NCBI RefSeq assembly: GCF_006345805.1
Contig: NC_043016.1
Coordinates: 25,730,001-25,794,000, forward strand
Direction: 5' to 3'
DNA: 64,000 nucleotides
From: Octopus sinensis
Lineage: Eukaryota
A program made the position numbers and the translations under genes. Each line of letters opens with the position of its first letter. The first letter of the stretch is position 1. The notes under the pieces are model-generated. The model did not search any database, had not been told where the DNA came from, and saw only the letters and a list, made by a program, of their open reading frames with translations. Below are positions 1-10,595 of the stretch, piece after piece.

Positions 1-20
1 ATATATTATATACATATATA

Positions 21-194
21 CGACGGGCTTCTTTCAGTTTCCGTCTACCAAATCCACTCACAAGGCTTTGGTCGGCCCAAGGCTATAGTAGAAGACACTT
101 GCCCAAGGTGCCACGCAGTGGGACTGAACCCGGAACCATGTGGTTGGTAAACAAGCTACTTACCACACACCACACAGCCACTCCTGCGCCTATA
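21..194 (-). mobile_element. SINE family A, 5' half
   Basis: Reverse complement of the tRNA-like head (TGGCTGTGTGG A-box-like, GGTTCAGTCCC B-box-like) plus a ccttgggcaagt core-like segment. The same sequence recurs more than 20 times in the window. Confidence 0.9.
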
Positions 195-621
195 TATAAA
201 CTACACTTATTTTTCCTGAAGAGATTTAACAATATACAGATTATTGCATCTTTTTAAGTTATAATTATTCATTATTCTCAAATATTGCTATATTGAAACA
301 TACATATGTATGTGGCATATCTTTTTGCGGGATGGGTAATATTATTTGGGTTATTTTATTAGTTGAGGCGGTTCCTTTTATACTCTTATAGGTGTATTTT
401 TTCGTCTTTTCCTTTGCATTACATTTCCAATTGTAATACAAACAAAACAAATCAAGCATCTTTTGAATTATTCTTCTCCATTTTCTTTTATTGACTTTAA
501 TTTTATGATTTCTTTATACACATATATATTGATGATCTTCCTATCAATATATTTGGTAAAACAGTGGCATAGGGATTGTTTTTAACAATCCCTTACATGG
601 ATATTGCTTTATCAAATTCTG

Positions 622-1046
622 ATTGTATGTATATATATATATATATTATATATATATATATTGTATGTATATATATTGTATGTATATATATTGTATGTAT
701 ATATATTGTATGTATATATATGTATGTGTATATATTGTATGTGTATATATGTATATATATATTGTATGTATATATATTGTATGTGTATATATGTATATAT
801 ATATATATTGTATGTATATATATATATATGTATATATATATATTGTATGTGTATATATGTATATATATATGTATTGTATGTGTATATATGTATATATATA
901 TGTATTGTATGTGTATATATGTATATATATATATATATTGTATGTGTATATATGTATATATATATATGTATTGTATGTGTATATATGTATATATATATGT
1001 ATTGTATGTGTATATATGTATATATATATATTGTATGTATATATGT
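622..1046. repeat. Compound (TA)/(TG) microsatellite with higher-order ATTGTATGT units
   Basis: Direct inspection. It is the source of the Y/I/V/C-rich spurious ORFs. Confidence 0.95.
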
Positions 1047-1047
1047 C

Positions 1048-1200
1048 AGTGGCTGTGTGGTAAGTAGCTTGCTTACTAAGCACTTGGTTCCAGGTTCAGT
1101 CCCACTGCGTGGCACCTTGGGCAAGTATCTTCTACTATAGCCTCGGGCCGAGCAAAACCTTGTGAGTGGATTTGGTAGGCAGAAACTGAAAGAAGCCCAT
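1048..1200 (+). mobile_element. SINE family A, 5' half
   Basis: agtggctgtgtggtaagtagcttgctta...gaaactgaaagaagccc. Confidence 0.9.
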
Positions 1201-1210
1201 CAGCATGTGT

Positions 1211-1486
1211 ATATATAAAAATTAACAGAATGAGATAAAAATCCAAGGCCCTGAAAGATTTTAGAACATTTATAAACAGAAGGTCTTACAACTGTTTCCA
1301 GGATATTTTATATATTCCTTCATCGGAGACAGTGTGAGAAAATGGTTATGCAATAGTTTTCTCACACTGTCTCCGATGAAGGGATATATAAAATATCCTA
1401 GAAACAGCTGTAAGACCTATTTATAAATGTTCTAAAATCTTTCACAGCCTTGGATTTTTTATCTCATTCTGAAAATTTTTATATAT
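1211..1486. mobile_element. Palindromic Penelope-like terminal remnant (two inverted hammerhead-bearing arms)
   Basis: Arms 1211-1342 and 1357-1486 are near-perfect reverse complements around a 14-nt spacer. Each arm contains a hammerhead-like fold. Confidence 0.75.
1369..1416 (+). ncRNA. Minimal type I hammerhead-like motif
   Basis: GTCT (stem I) CCGATGA, stem II GGATAT-ataaa-ATATCC, GAAA, palindromic stem III ACAGCTGT, GTA triplet, AGAC (stem I'). An antisense copy lies at 1283-1330. Confidence 0.65.
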
Positions 1487-1589
1487 TTTATAAAATTTGA
1501 TTTAATCCTAAATCTAATTTTTCCCTGTAAGTTTGGATATATTATATATCACTGTGTTGCTATCACATGTTGCTACACATCGCTTCGCA

Positions 1590-1781
1590 TTGTTTTAGCC
1601 TTCAAATGAAGCCACCCCACGAGCAAGCCAACAGAAGAAAGAGTGAGAGAAAGTTGTGGTGAAAAAGTACAGCAGGGATCGCCACCATCCCCTGCTGGAA
1701 CCTCGTAGAACTTTGGGTGTTTTCACTCAATAAACACTCCCAACACTCGGTCTGGGAATCGAAACCACAATCCTATGACCA
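1590..1781 (-). mobile_element. SINE family C fragment (alternative 3' tail)
   Basis: Shares the gaaagagtgagagaaagtt...gtgttttcactcaataaacac...ggtctgggaatcgaaacc body with 5204-5483 and 5791-6114. Confidence 0.8.
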
Positions 1782-1788
1782 ATCTATT

Positions 1789-1829
<41 letters not shown>

Positions 1830-2640
1830 TAGGGTGTGGTGAATAAACTGTTGTCTAAATTATGCAAAAATGAAAATAACACTAACATCTCATTTTACCA
1901 GATTTATGTATCAAAATTACATAAAAATGTTTTGAAATACTAATGAGTAAATTTATTCAATAAAATCGCAACTGTCTTCCACCACAGCTGCCAAACAACT
2001 TAGGAATCTCCTGTAACTCTTCTGGACTATCTCTTTATTTAAGTTGGTAAATGCTGCCATAATCCTTGCCTTCAATTCATCTTTGATGTTACAAGGAGTT
2101 TTGTTGGTCTCTTGCTCAACTGTACCCCACACATAATAATGATGTGGGTTGCAGTTTGGGGAGTTAGGTGCCCAGATGTTAGGAGTGATGTGGTTGCAGA
2201 AAGTGTCTGATACCCACGACTGGGTTCTCCTGCTTGTGTGACATGGTACTGAGGCCGTGTGGGAAGATGAATGGCGGCATAATGTTGCCATCACTAGAGA
2301 TCACTCCAAACACCATGATGTTGACTGGATGTTTGATTTTTACTATTCTCAGTATATGTCCTCAGATTGACGCCCAATCACTCTGAAATGCCCGTATTGG
2401 AGCTTCCAGTGTGGATGCCAAGTAGTACAGCATGTCGTTTCCAAATTTCTGGCAGAGTGAATTGCATTTTCTCATGCTGTTTTTCTCATGGACAGTGCCC
2501 AGCTGACCCTACCATAGCGTGTAGTTGAGAAAATCAAAAACAATGCGCATGCATGAAATTAAAAATATATAAATGCAACAGAATTTTGTTATCAGTGGAA
2601 AGGTTGCAGTTTCAAGCAACAAAATTTTGACACCGTATTA
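1830..2640 (-). mobile_element. Internally deleted Tc1/mariner-superfamily transposon remnant
   Basis: ORF 1953-2294(-) gives CHTSRRTQSW...WAPNSPNCNPHHYYVWGTVE...ELKARI...RFLSCLAAVVEDSCDFIE, matching the WPPNSPDLNPLDYYVWG C-terminal catalytic region. A decayed N-terminal HTH-like segment (RHAVLLGIHTGSSNTGISE) is at ~2370-2440. Confidence 0.85.
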
Positions 2641-3567
2641 CTTATAAATGTTTAACTGAATATAATAACCTTCGTATGTTTCTGAATGGCTAACTTGTGT
2701 CTTCCATGCTGCAAAAATAAAATAAAATAAATTTTTCTGATATTTGTTGCTAACAAATTGTCTGTAGCTTGAAGGGAGATAGGTAGGTAAGGGTTAGCAA
2801 TAGGGAGAGCATCGGGCTCTCATGGGAAAATGAACTTAAAGTAAACAAATGCAGGTGTGCTTAACAATTACCTGTTATCACATGACATGGATTTACCTGA
2901 CAGCACATGCATCTGTCAGTCTTGTTTCTGCCTGAACCCTGTCAAATGCTTATTTATTCATATTGTTTTAAATTAATCATTTATTGCCTCATAGCTTTGA
3001 GATTTTGATATGATTACTTATTTTTTGCAATGACATTGTAGGGTAGGTGTGAGTGGCCAGATACAGTTTAAATGCTGAAATAGTTAAAGGAAGTTGTGTA
3101 TTTGCTACTGTAAAGGAGAAAACTCTGATTCTTTCCTTTATTTGTTTACAGTCTCTAATGCTGTTTGTTAAAGTCACTTCTTATGTTGTTGGATTTTTGC
3201 TGCTTTCAGAGTTTTGTTTCTAACAAAGCATTTTGTGTATACCTGAATATTTTGTTTCTGAAAGGAATTACTCAGCTTACTCATATGTTTCATAATGAAA
3301 AAACAGCAAAAAATTAAAGGGAAAACGTTTTTATTTATTCATTTTTTGCTGTTGTTATTTTGTGATATTTCTGTATCCATATTTATTAATAATTGCATTT
3401 ATTACCAACATCTTTGTTTTCACCAATGTTTCTTGAGTGTATGTATTTCAATAATTATTATGTGATTAACTAGCAAACGCATATGCACAACATGATTTTT
3501 AGCACTAACGACTATTTACATTAAAAAAATTTTTTTTGAAAACCGAAAAAAAATTGAAGCTGTTTCT

Positions 3568-4155
3568 GCAGGTGTGGCTCTGTATGGTAAGAAGTTTCCT
3601 TCCCAACCTCTGTGTGGCACCTTAGGCAAACATCTGCTATTGCCTCTGGCCAACCAAAGCCTTGTAAGTAGATATGGTAGACAGAAACTGAAAGACGGCA
3701 AGCTGGCAGAAACGTTTGCATGCTGGGCGAAATGCTTAGTGGTATTTCGTCTGCTGTCTTGTCTGAGTTCAAGTTCCGCCATGGTCGACTTAGCCTTTCA
3801 TCCTTTCGGGGTTGATAAATTAAGTACCAGTTGTGCACTGGGGTCGATGTAATCAACTTAATCCCTTTGTCTGTCCTTGTTTGTCCCCTCTATATTTAGC
3901 CCCTTGTGGGCAGTAAAGAAATAAGAAACTGAAATAAGCTCATTGTGGATAAAGATGTCTGTGTGTTTGTCTCCCCCCCCCCCCCCCCCCGCTGTCGCTT
4001 GATAACTGGCGTTGGTGTGTTTACATCCCAATAACTTAATGGTTTGGCAAAAGATGCCGTTAGAATAAATCATGGTGTCGATCTGTTCAACTAAAGCCCT
4101 TTAAGGCAGGGCTTCAGCATGGCCACAGCCAAATGAATGAAACAAGTAAAGAATA
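3568..4155 (+). mobile_element. SINE family A interrupted by a family B insertion
   Basis: The A 5' part runs 3568-3693 and resumes after 3934, ending at gaaacaagtaaagaa. Confidence 0.85.
3694..3923 (+). mobile_element. SINE family B with 11-bp TSD
   Basis: gctggcagaaacgtt...ctgagttcaagttcc...gccttcatcctttcggggt...gggcagtaaagaaata. The TSD agaaactgaaa is at 3683-3693 and 3924-3934. Confidence 0.92.
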
Positions 4156-5203
4156 ATAATGCTTATTTTCACAATAAACTGACTACAAGTAAATACGATA
4201 AACATTTGAATAAACAATGCCCATTTTAGGGTATTTTCTGCTGAATCATTCCTGAACTTTTGATATCAAAAAGATAAGAGCTAAATTAATAAATCTTAAA
4301 TTATTTCATATATTATGCACATGTCCTTGTAGCTATCATCATCATTTTTTAAAATAGCTATCCTAGCAAAATAATTACCTCTGCCACATTCACTACTACT
4401 TCGTTTTGTTTAAAATCTTGTTTTTTCCATTGCCTGCATGGCTTAAAATGGCTGGTAACTGAGGCAGGATTTTTGTGTCAGATGATCTTTCTGTCATCAA
4501 CCCTCAACTGTTTATCAAGTAAAGGATTCTTTAGTAGAAAGAAATTCAAAAATGCAGCACTGGCTGATGATTAGCTCACAAGGAATGTCAATAAAAGCCA
4601 CTGGTCACAACCCAGCTGTAAATAGCAATATCATCATTTGTAGCTGAGCTGCAAATGATGATGTTATTGTCTGTAACTATAGCTCAGCATAGGCTGTTAA
4701 CATTTACATAGATGTGCACACATACATACACATATGTATCTATGTGTTTATAATAAAAATCTATATCATTTGATTCTTTAGGTTTGACACTACTAGATAG
4801 TGTGTATATTTCATACATATTTCTCAATAGAATTAACAATTGTAATTTAATCATACAAGAAATTGATGTTGAACTTCTGAGATGGGAGTTTTAGTATTTA
4901 TTCTTGCCTTTTTTTCATTTTGTAAATGGCATTTATGTGATTCTTAATCAAAATACTAGTACAGGCAAAATTTGAACCTGTTAGCCTTATTATTACTGTT
5001 TGCATAAGTGTGTGCATTGTAAATAATTTTAAATGTGCAGTCTCTTCACCCATGACGGCCCTTGTAGGCTTTTTTTGAAGAGGTCGAACTATTGTGTCTA
5101 ATACACTAAAGTTGTGAGATATTAATTAGCTTCAAAAGATAGTGGAATAATTTTTAAAAGGATGAAAACTGTAGTTTTGTGGTTTTCAACAGTATACTGT
5201 ATT

Positions 5204-5483
5204 GTTTGTTCCTTCTTGAGCCATGCCTGGCTCATAAGTACCGGTTCCCTTGGCACATAGGTTCTCCACCTGGATGGGACGCTAGTCCATCACAGGTGAG
5301 CTGCAAGATGCAGGAGGAAAGAGTGAGAGAAATTTGTGGCGAAAGAGTCAGCAGAAGTTTGCCATTACCTTCTGCCGGAGCCACGTAGAGCTTAGGTGTT
5401 TCACTCATAAACACACACATTGCCCGATCTGAGATTTGAACCCGAGAGTCCACTGCTCTAACCACTAGGCCATGTGCCTCCAC
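5204..5483 (-). mobile_element. SINE family C with 10-bp TSD
   Basis: tRNA-like head (TGGCCTAGTGG; GGTTCAAATC). The TSD atactgtatt is at 5194-5203 and 5484-5493. Confidence 0.9.
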
Positions 5484-5790
5484 ATACTGTATTAAGATAT
5501 GCTATTTAAAAAATGTATTGAAATTAGAAAGATGTGATTTGATGAAACAAAGAAATTTACAAAGAACCATGTGAAACATACATCGTTTGGAAACCACTGA
5601 TGTTGGCCATCAGTTCCTCAATGTTATTTCTGGTTTTATAACACAGAACATCTTGCTTTGAAAAGTTTCTCTTTTAATAAATTTGTTCTATAATAATTTC
5701 ATGAAAGAAACTAAGTCATGTTCCATTCACAAAACTTATGAGAAAGATATTATTTTAACCCTTTAGCATTCAGATTACTCTGTCAAATGT

Positions 5791-6114
5791 TTTTATTTAT
5801 TTATTTATGTGCCCTTTTCAAGCCTAGCCAGGCTCATGGGCCCAGTTTCCCGGTTTCTGTGGCATACATGTCTCCCCCTCCCAGCTGGACGAGACTCCAG
5901 TCCATCACAGCGTTACTCAAGAAACAGGAAGAAAGAGTGAGAGAAAGTTGAGGCGAAAGAGTACAACAGGGGTTGCCACCACCCCCTGCCGGAGCCTCGT
6001 GGAGCTTTAGGTGTTTTCACTCAATAAACACACACACAACGCCCGGTCTGGGAATCGAAACCGCGATCCTCCGACCACAAGTCCACTGCCCTGACCACTG
6101 GGCCATTGCACCTC
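5791..6114 (-). mobile_element. SINE family C, full length, with 13-bp TSD
   Basis: Head ggaggtgcaatggcccagtgg...ggtttcgattccc and an (AAAT)n tail. The TSD is ctctgtcaaatgt (5778-5790) / ctctgccaaatgt (6115-6127). Confidence 0.92.
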
Positions 6115-6306
6115 CTCTGCCAAATGTAATACTTATTTATTCAAATTGTTTTGTATTAATCACACATTATCTCAGTTTCAAGACTTCAGTTGTGTTTGTT
6201 TTATTCTTAGAATGACATTGTAGGGTAGGTGAGAGGCCAGATCTAGTTAGATTCAACATAAAACAGGGAGACTATTTGGTCCAGATATGGCTGGTTTAAA
6301 TGCTAA

Positions 6307-6819
6307 TCTATATATATAAAACTGTAGTTGTGTGAGTGTCTGTCCCCTTCAATTTAGATTCCTAACTCCTCCCACATTTTGCGGTGCAGTTTAACCAAAT
6401 TCGGGTATCTTATAGTCGTGATTAATATCGAGCCCATCTGGCTATTAGCGCGCGTCTACGATGAGTCTATGATTTTAAAAATAATTTAACATCATTTTTT
6501 ATTCCATTTTAATGCATAATTTTTCGTGTGTCGATGGCGGCGGAGTTGGCGTCCATGGTCACACCTGCACCTGTTTGCTTCTCCCCCTTCTTCCCTCCCT
6601 CGTGAAGCTGTGGGGAAGGGAGTGTAAGGAAATCAACGTTGTAAAGTGTTGTCAAGGAGACCAGTGTTCTTTTAGAACAACGACTTCATGGCTTGAAGAC
6701 ACCAAAACAGAAATGGCTAAGAAAGCCCGAATTGGCATCTATAAGGGAAGTAACTTTCTAAAAATGCTTATATAGTTATTTCCCTTACAAACCCAAGCAA
6801 CGCTGGGCGATACTGCTAG
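6307..6819 (+). mobile_element. Non-autonomous Helitron H1 (copy 1)
   Basis: Has a 5' TC, a 3' subterminal GC-rich hairpin (cccaagcaacgctggg) and a terminal CTAG. It is inserted between A6306 and T6820 with no TSD. A near-identical copy lies at 25724-26235. Confidence 0.88.
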
Positions 6820-6966
6820 TGGGTTAATAAATCTTTCCAGATTGCTGATAAATTTCTAAAATTAATTTAAACATATGCTGATGATGATGATGATTGTCAT
6901 CTTCATCATCATCCATTCACTTTCCTTGCTAGCATGGGCACTTTATCTTGCAAAGATTGTGCATCT

Positions 6967-7196
6967 GGTGGAGAGCTGACAGAAACGTTGGCATACCAGG
7001 CAAAATGCTCAGCAGTATTTCATCTGCTGCTACCTCCTGAGTTCAAATTCCACTGAGGTTGACTTTGCTTTTCATCCTTTCGGGATCGATTAAATAAGTA
7101 CCAGTTACACACTGAGGTCGATATAATCGACTTAATCCATTTGTCTGTCCTTGTTTGTACCTTCTGTGTGTAGTCCCTTGTGGGCAGTAAAGAAAT
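6967..7196 (+). mobile_element. SINE family B
   Basis: Same head, central gactttgcttttcatcctttcggg motif and aaagaaata end as 3694-3923. Confidence 0.9.
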
Positions 7197-7435
7197 AAAA
7201 TTGTGCATTTGTGTGTGTAGTTTGGCTTGGTTTCTATGACATGATGCCTTTCCTATTACCAACCTCTTTACGGAGTGTACTGTTTGCATTTTCTCTTGGC
7301 ACCAACAATAGAGCAGTAGAATAATCATTGTGGAGTTCTAAGATTTTGGTAATTTAAAGAACCAAAATGGAATGGTTTAAAAATGACATGGGTTGGTGTT
7401 AAAATTAGTAAATACAAAGTTTAGCTGGTATTGTC

Positions 7436-7873
7436 AGAACATGGTTAAGGAAATGCTTTCCAACCTTGTGGTCTTGGGTTCAGTCTCATTGTGCAGCTAG
7501 CTGCACCTTAGGCAAGTATCTTCTATTATAGCTCCAGGCCAACCACAGCCTTGTTAGTGGATTTGGTTGATGGAAACTGTGTTAACGCATGTCGTATGTA
7601 TGCACACACATGCACTTGATGTGCATCGACATAATTTCGTATATATATATATATCTGTGTGTGACTTTGTGTTGTGTTTGTCTCTCCCCACTACTTGTCA
7701 ACTGATGTTGGTTTGTTTATGTCCCTGTAACTTAGCTGTTCAGCAAAAGTATTCAATAGAATAAGTAACATTCTTGAAAAAGAAAAAAAATGTATTTGGA
7801 TTGATTTGTTTGACTAAACCCTTCAAGGCAGTGCTCCAGCATGGACACAGTCCAATGACTGAAACAAGTAAAA
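7436..7873 (+). mobile_element. SINE family A, diverged full-length copy
   Basis: Head, central TA/TG linker and 3' cagcatggacacagtccaatgactgaaacaagtaaaa end. Confidence 0.8.
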
Positions 7874-8455
7874 TATAGAAGACTCTGGAATATCTAAATC
7901 AGAATTGTTCCAAAAGAATAAAAATCCAATAATCATTATATCATTAAGGTCTCGAGGAAATAGAATGGAAGACTATTCTTTTTAGTATTGTAACATAAAA
8001 CCCACCATAGATGACTGAATATAGAAAAAAAAAACAAATAGAAAGAAAAAAGAAGATTGAGTAAGATATTAAAGTTTAAAGTTAATGTGAAATTTCCCAC
8101 CTGTGTGCTACTGCATGAACAATGCGGCCAGGGAATATGTTGTGATGTTTCTCTCAAATTTATCGTACATTTATAAAGGAGTGCTTGGTTTATTTTTATA
8201 TCAGTTATATTTTTATATGAGAGGAAGAGGAGGAGAAGAGAGGCATCCATGATCTTATGCTAGTCCACACACACACACACACACCACCACCACCACCACC
8301 ACCACCACCACCAACTCTCCCTAGACTGGTGATATTGATGTGGCTGATTGCCAGTGTGAACATCTGCAAGAATAAACAAATGTAGGCGGGTAGGTAGGTA
8401 GGTAGGTAGGTAGGTAGGTACCCAGGGATTTAGTTTCTAGTTCTAGTGCTTATAC

Positions 8456-9220
8456 ATTGACCTCTATTAAAGGTACTCGAGGACCAGATGAGGTCGGGGT
8501 GGAGTTAGATCTACCATCTCAGTAAGGACTTCCAAGGAGCATGCTGCAATGAAGTGTAAGGCTTACTACACCGCTACAAGCACCCAAGGTCTAGATGATG
8601 GTATATTATACCTGCCACCTTTTACTGAAGGTATTCAAGCACTGGTGGTTGCATATTACATCTATCAACCCACCATGAGCATACAAAGACCAAGTAGTGA
8701 TTTGAAACCACATTGTTGTATTCAGCTCAGCACCCTACTGAAGCCCATCTCAGGACAGAAGATGTTGTTATATCCACCACCCCACTAAAGGCACCCAAGA
8801 ACTAGGTACTGGTATTAAACTACAGCCAGTCATCGTCATGTGGCCCGCCGTCCATAGGGTGAGCTGATTTGCGATGTCCACCTCCCACCTCCACTTTCCA
8901 ACTGGCGCAAACGCACGGGCGGGCGGGCAGCTGAAGACCTGGGCAACGATGATAAAGGAGGACCTCTCTGAACTCTCAGGTCCGCAGGTGGTCAGTTTGT
9001 GCAGATGGAACCGCAAATGGCTCACTATCTCTAGTGACCTCACACAGGACAGTCGAATGTGGGCCTCCATGGTTTGTGATGCCGTCAGGACCAGAGAAGA
9101 AGCTGGCTCAATCCGCCCTGGGTGAACACCGTCACAAGTACAAGTATTAAACTATGTTGTGTATTCAATTGACCACTTCACTAAAGGTACACAAGGACCA
9201 GGTGATTGTGTTAAGCTGGG
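8456..9220 (+). repeat. Degenerate ~50-60-bp minisatellite (~8 units) interrupted by an RTE fragment
   Basis: Recurrent acc...actaaaggyacncaaggaccaggtga motif near 8463, 8517, 8571, 8621, 8673, 8731, 8783 and 9179. Confidence 0.6.
8823..9146 (+). mobile_element. 5'-truncated RTE-clade LINE 3' end
   Basis: Reads GGQLKTWATMIKEDL...RWNRKW...DSRMWASMVCDAV*, followed by a (CAAGTA)2 tail. The TSD gtattaaacta is at 8812-8822 and 9144-9154, overlapping the tail. Confidence 0.85.
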
Positions 9221-10301
9221 CACAGTTTTAGACCTAGTGCAGATATGAATTATACATAGCTTCATTTTATTCCATCATTTGTTATTTCTTCATAATATGG
9301 TTCTGTGTTCCTAACCGGACTCAAGCAGCATATTTCACTTTGCCAAACCTTCTCTGTTCACTAGTGACAGTTTATTTAATATGGAGTATTAGCTACATCC
9401 TTTATTTCTTGTTAAAAGTCCAGGCTGATCTGCCAGAGGGATGTTTGTGAGAAAAATATATGATCGAATTAGGCATGGTTGTGTGGCTAAGAACCATATG
9501 GTTTTTGAGTACAGTTCACAGCTTGGTACCCATAGTTCTTGTGAGTGAATTTGGTAAATGGAAACTGCAAGAAACCCCATATATTTATATATACATATAT
9601 ATACCAAATATAATAAAACAAAGAAAATTCTTTAACACATCTTTAATGATTCATCATAATTGTTCTGTACCAACTTTACCTGCAATGCCAGTTTACACAA
9701 AAAATTTGAAGTGAAATGTTTGCAGTTTTAGACTTTAGAGAAGCACTTCATCATACTCGCAAGGTGTGCTGTCACTGTGTTTCTCCCAGGCCTTGTATTT
9801 TGGTTTATATATATATATATATATAATATATATATATATATATAATATATATATATATATATGTATGTATGTATGTATATATGTATGTATGTATGGGAGA
9901 AGGATCTATGTGCATCTATTCATGCGCATTGATGTTGATATTTTGCATGTCAGTTCTTGAGTCAAGTGGTACTGATGTTTGCATTCCTTGTTGACATTTC
10001 TCTTGCTGATTGGTCTGTGTTTTCAAAGACCTGTGGTTATAGGAAATTCTTTCATTAAAAAAAAAAAAAAAAGCATTGAGTTAATGATCAGAAGAACATG
10101 TGGGTGTGTCAAGTCCTACCTCAGAATCAAAATCAATTCCTGAGTGAATTATCTTTGGTCTTGTGGTGTTTCCTTTCTGGTTGGGAATCACACTTTCATG
10201 AAATAAAGGTTTGATGTATGTAGTGTATTGTAGCAATTAGAACAGTAGCAAAAGTCTAAAATACATGCACATACACATGTGCATGTGCTGTATAATAGTT
10301 A

Positions 10302-10595
10302 TCTTAATATATAAAACTGAGAATGTAAGTCTGTCTGACTGTGTGAATCCCTAAAACTCGAGAACTACCCAACCGATTTCATTCAAATTTTACACATACC
10401 TTACTTAGGGTCCATGAATTGTCATGGGCCAAAACATTTTTTCAACTTCTTGTGTAATGCAAGCCAAGAGCAATATCTTATCTCTTTCACTGTTTCAGTA
10501 TTACGTGTCAAATGTGAAACAATAACATCTATATTGTAATGTGAGATACTTTCAGTTTAAAAGTTTCACTGTTAATACTGAAACTATTAACTCGC
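10302..10595 (+). mobile_element. Helitron-like 5' fragment
   Basis: Starts A|TCTTAATATATAAAACTG like H1 and contains the aaccgatttcattcaaatttt motif also seen in the 13914-14277 element. No 3' CTAG/hairpin was found. Confidence 0.55.

Larger units (their letters stand above)
5759..6823 (+). mobile_element. TTAA-flanked MITE family M1 hosting a SINE and a Helitron
   Basis: TTAA 5755-5758 then CCCTTTAGCATT at the left; AATGCTAA[insert]TGGG then TTAA 6824-6827 at the right. The body matches uninterrupted copies such as 44077-44299. TTAA with CCC/GGG ends suggests a piggyBac-type derivative. Confidence 0.85.

Noticed and set aside
576-1140. Long Y/I/V/C/M-rich ORFs on both strands (also 47990-48501, 53220-53720, 55870-56239)
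   Set aside because: These are translations of TA/TG microsatellites, which lack stop codons in several frames.
6512-6775. 87-aa ORF repeated at 25928-26191
   Set aside because: It lies within two near-identical Helitron copies. The conservation reflects recent transposition, and there is no recognisable domain.
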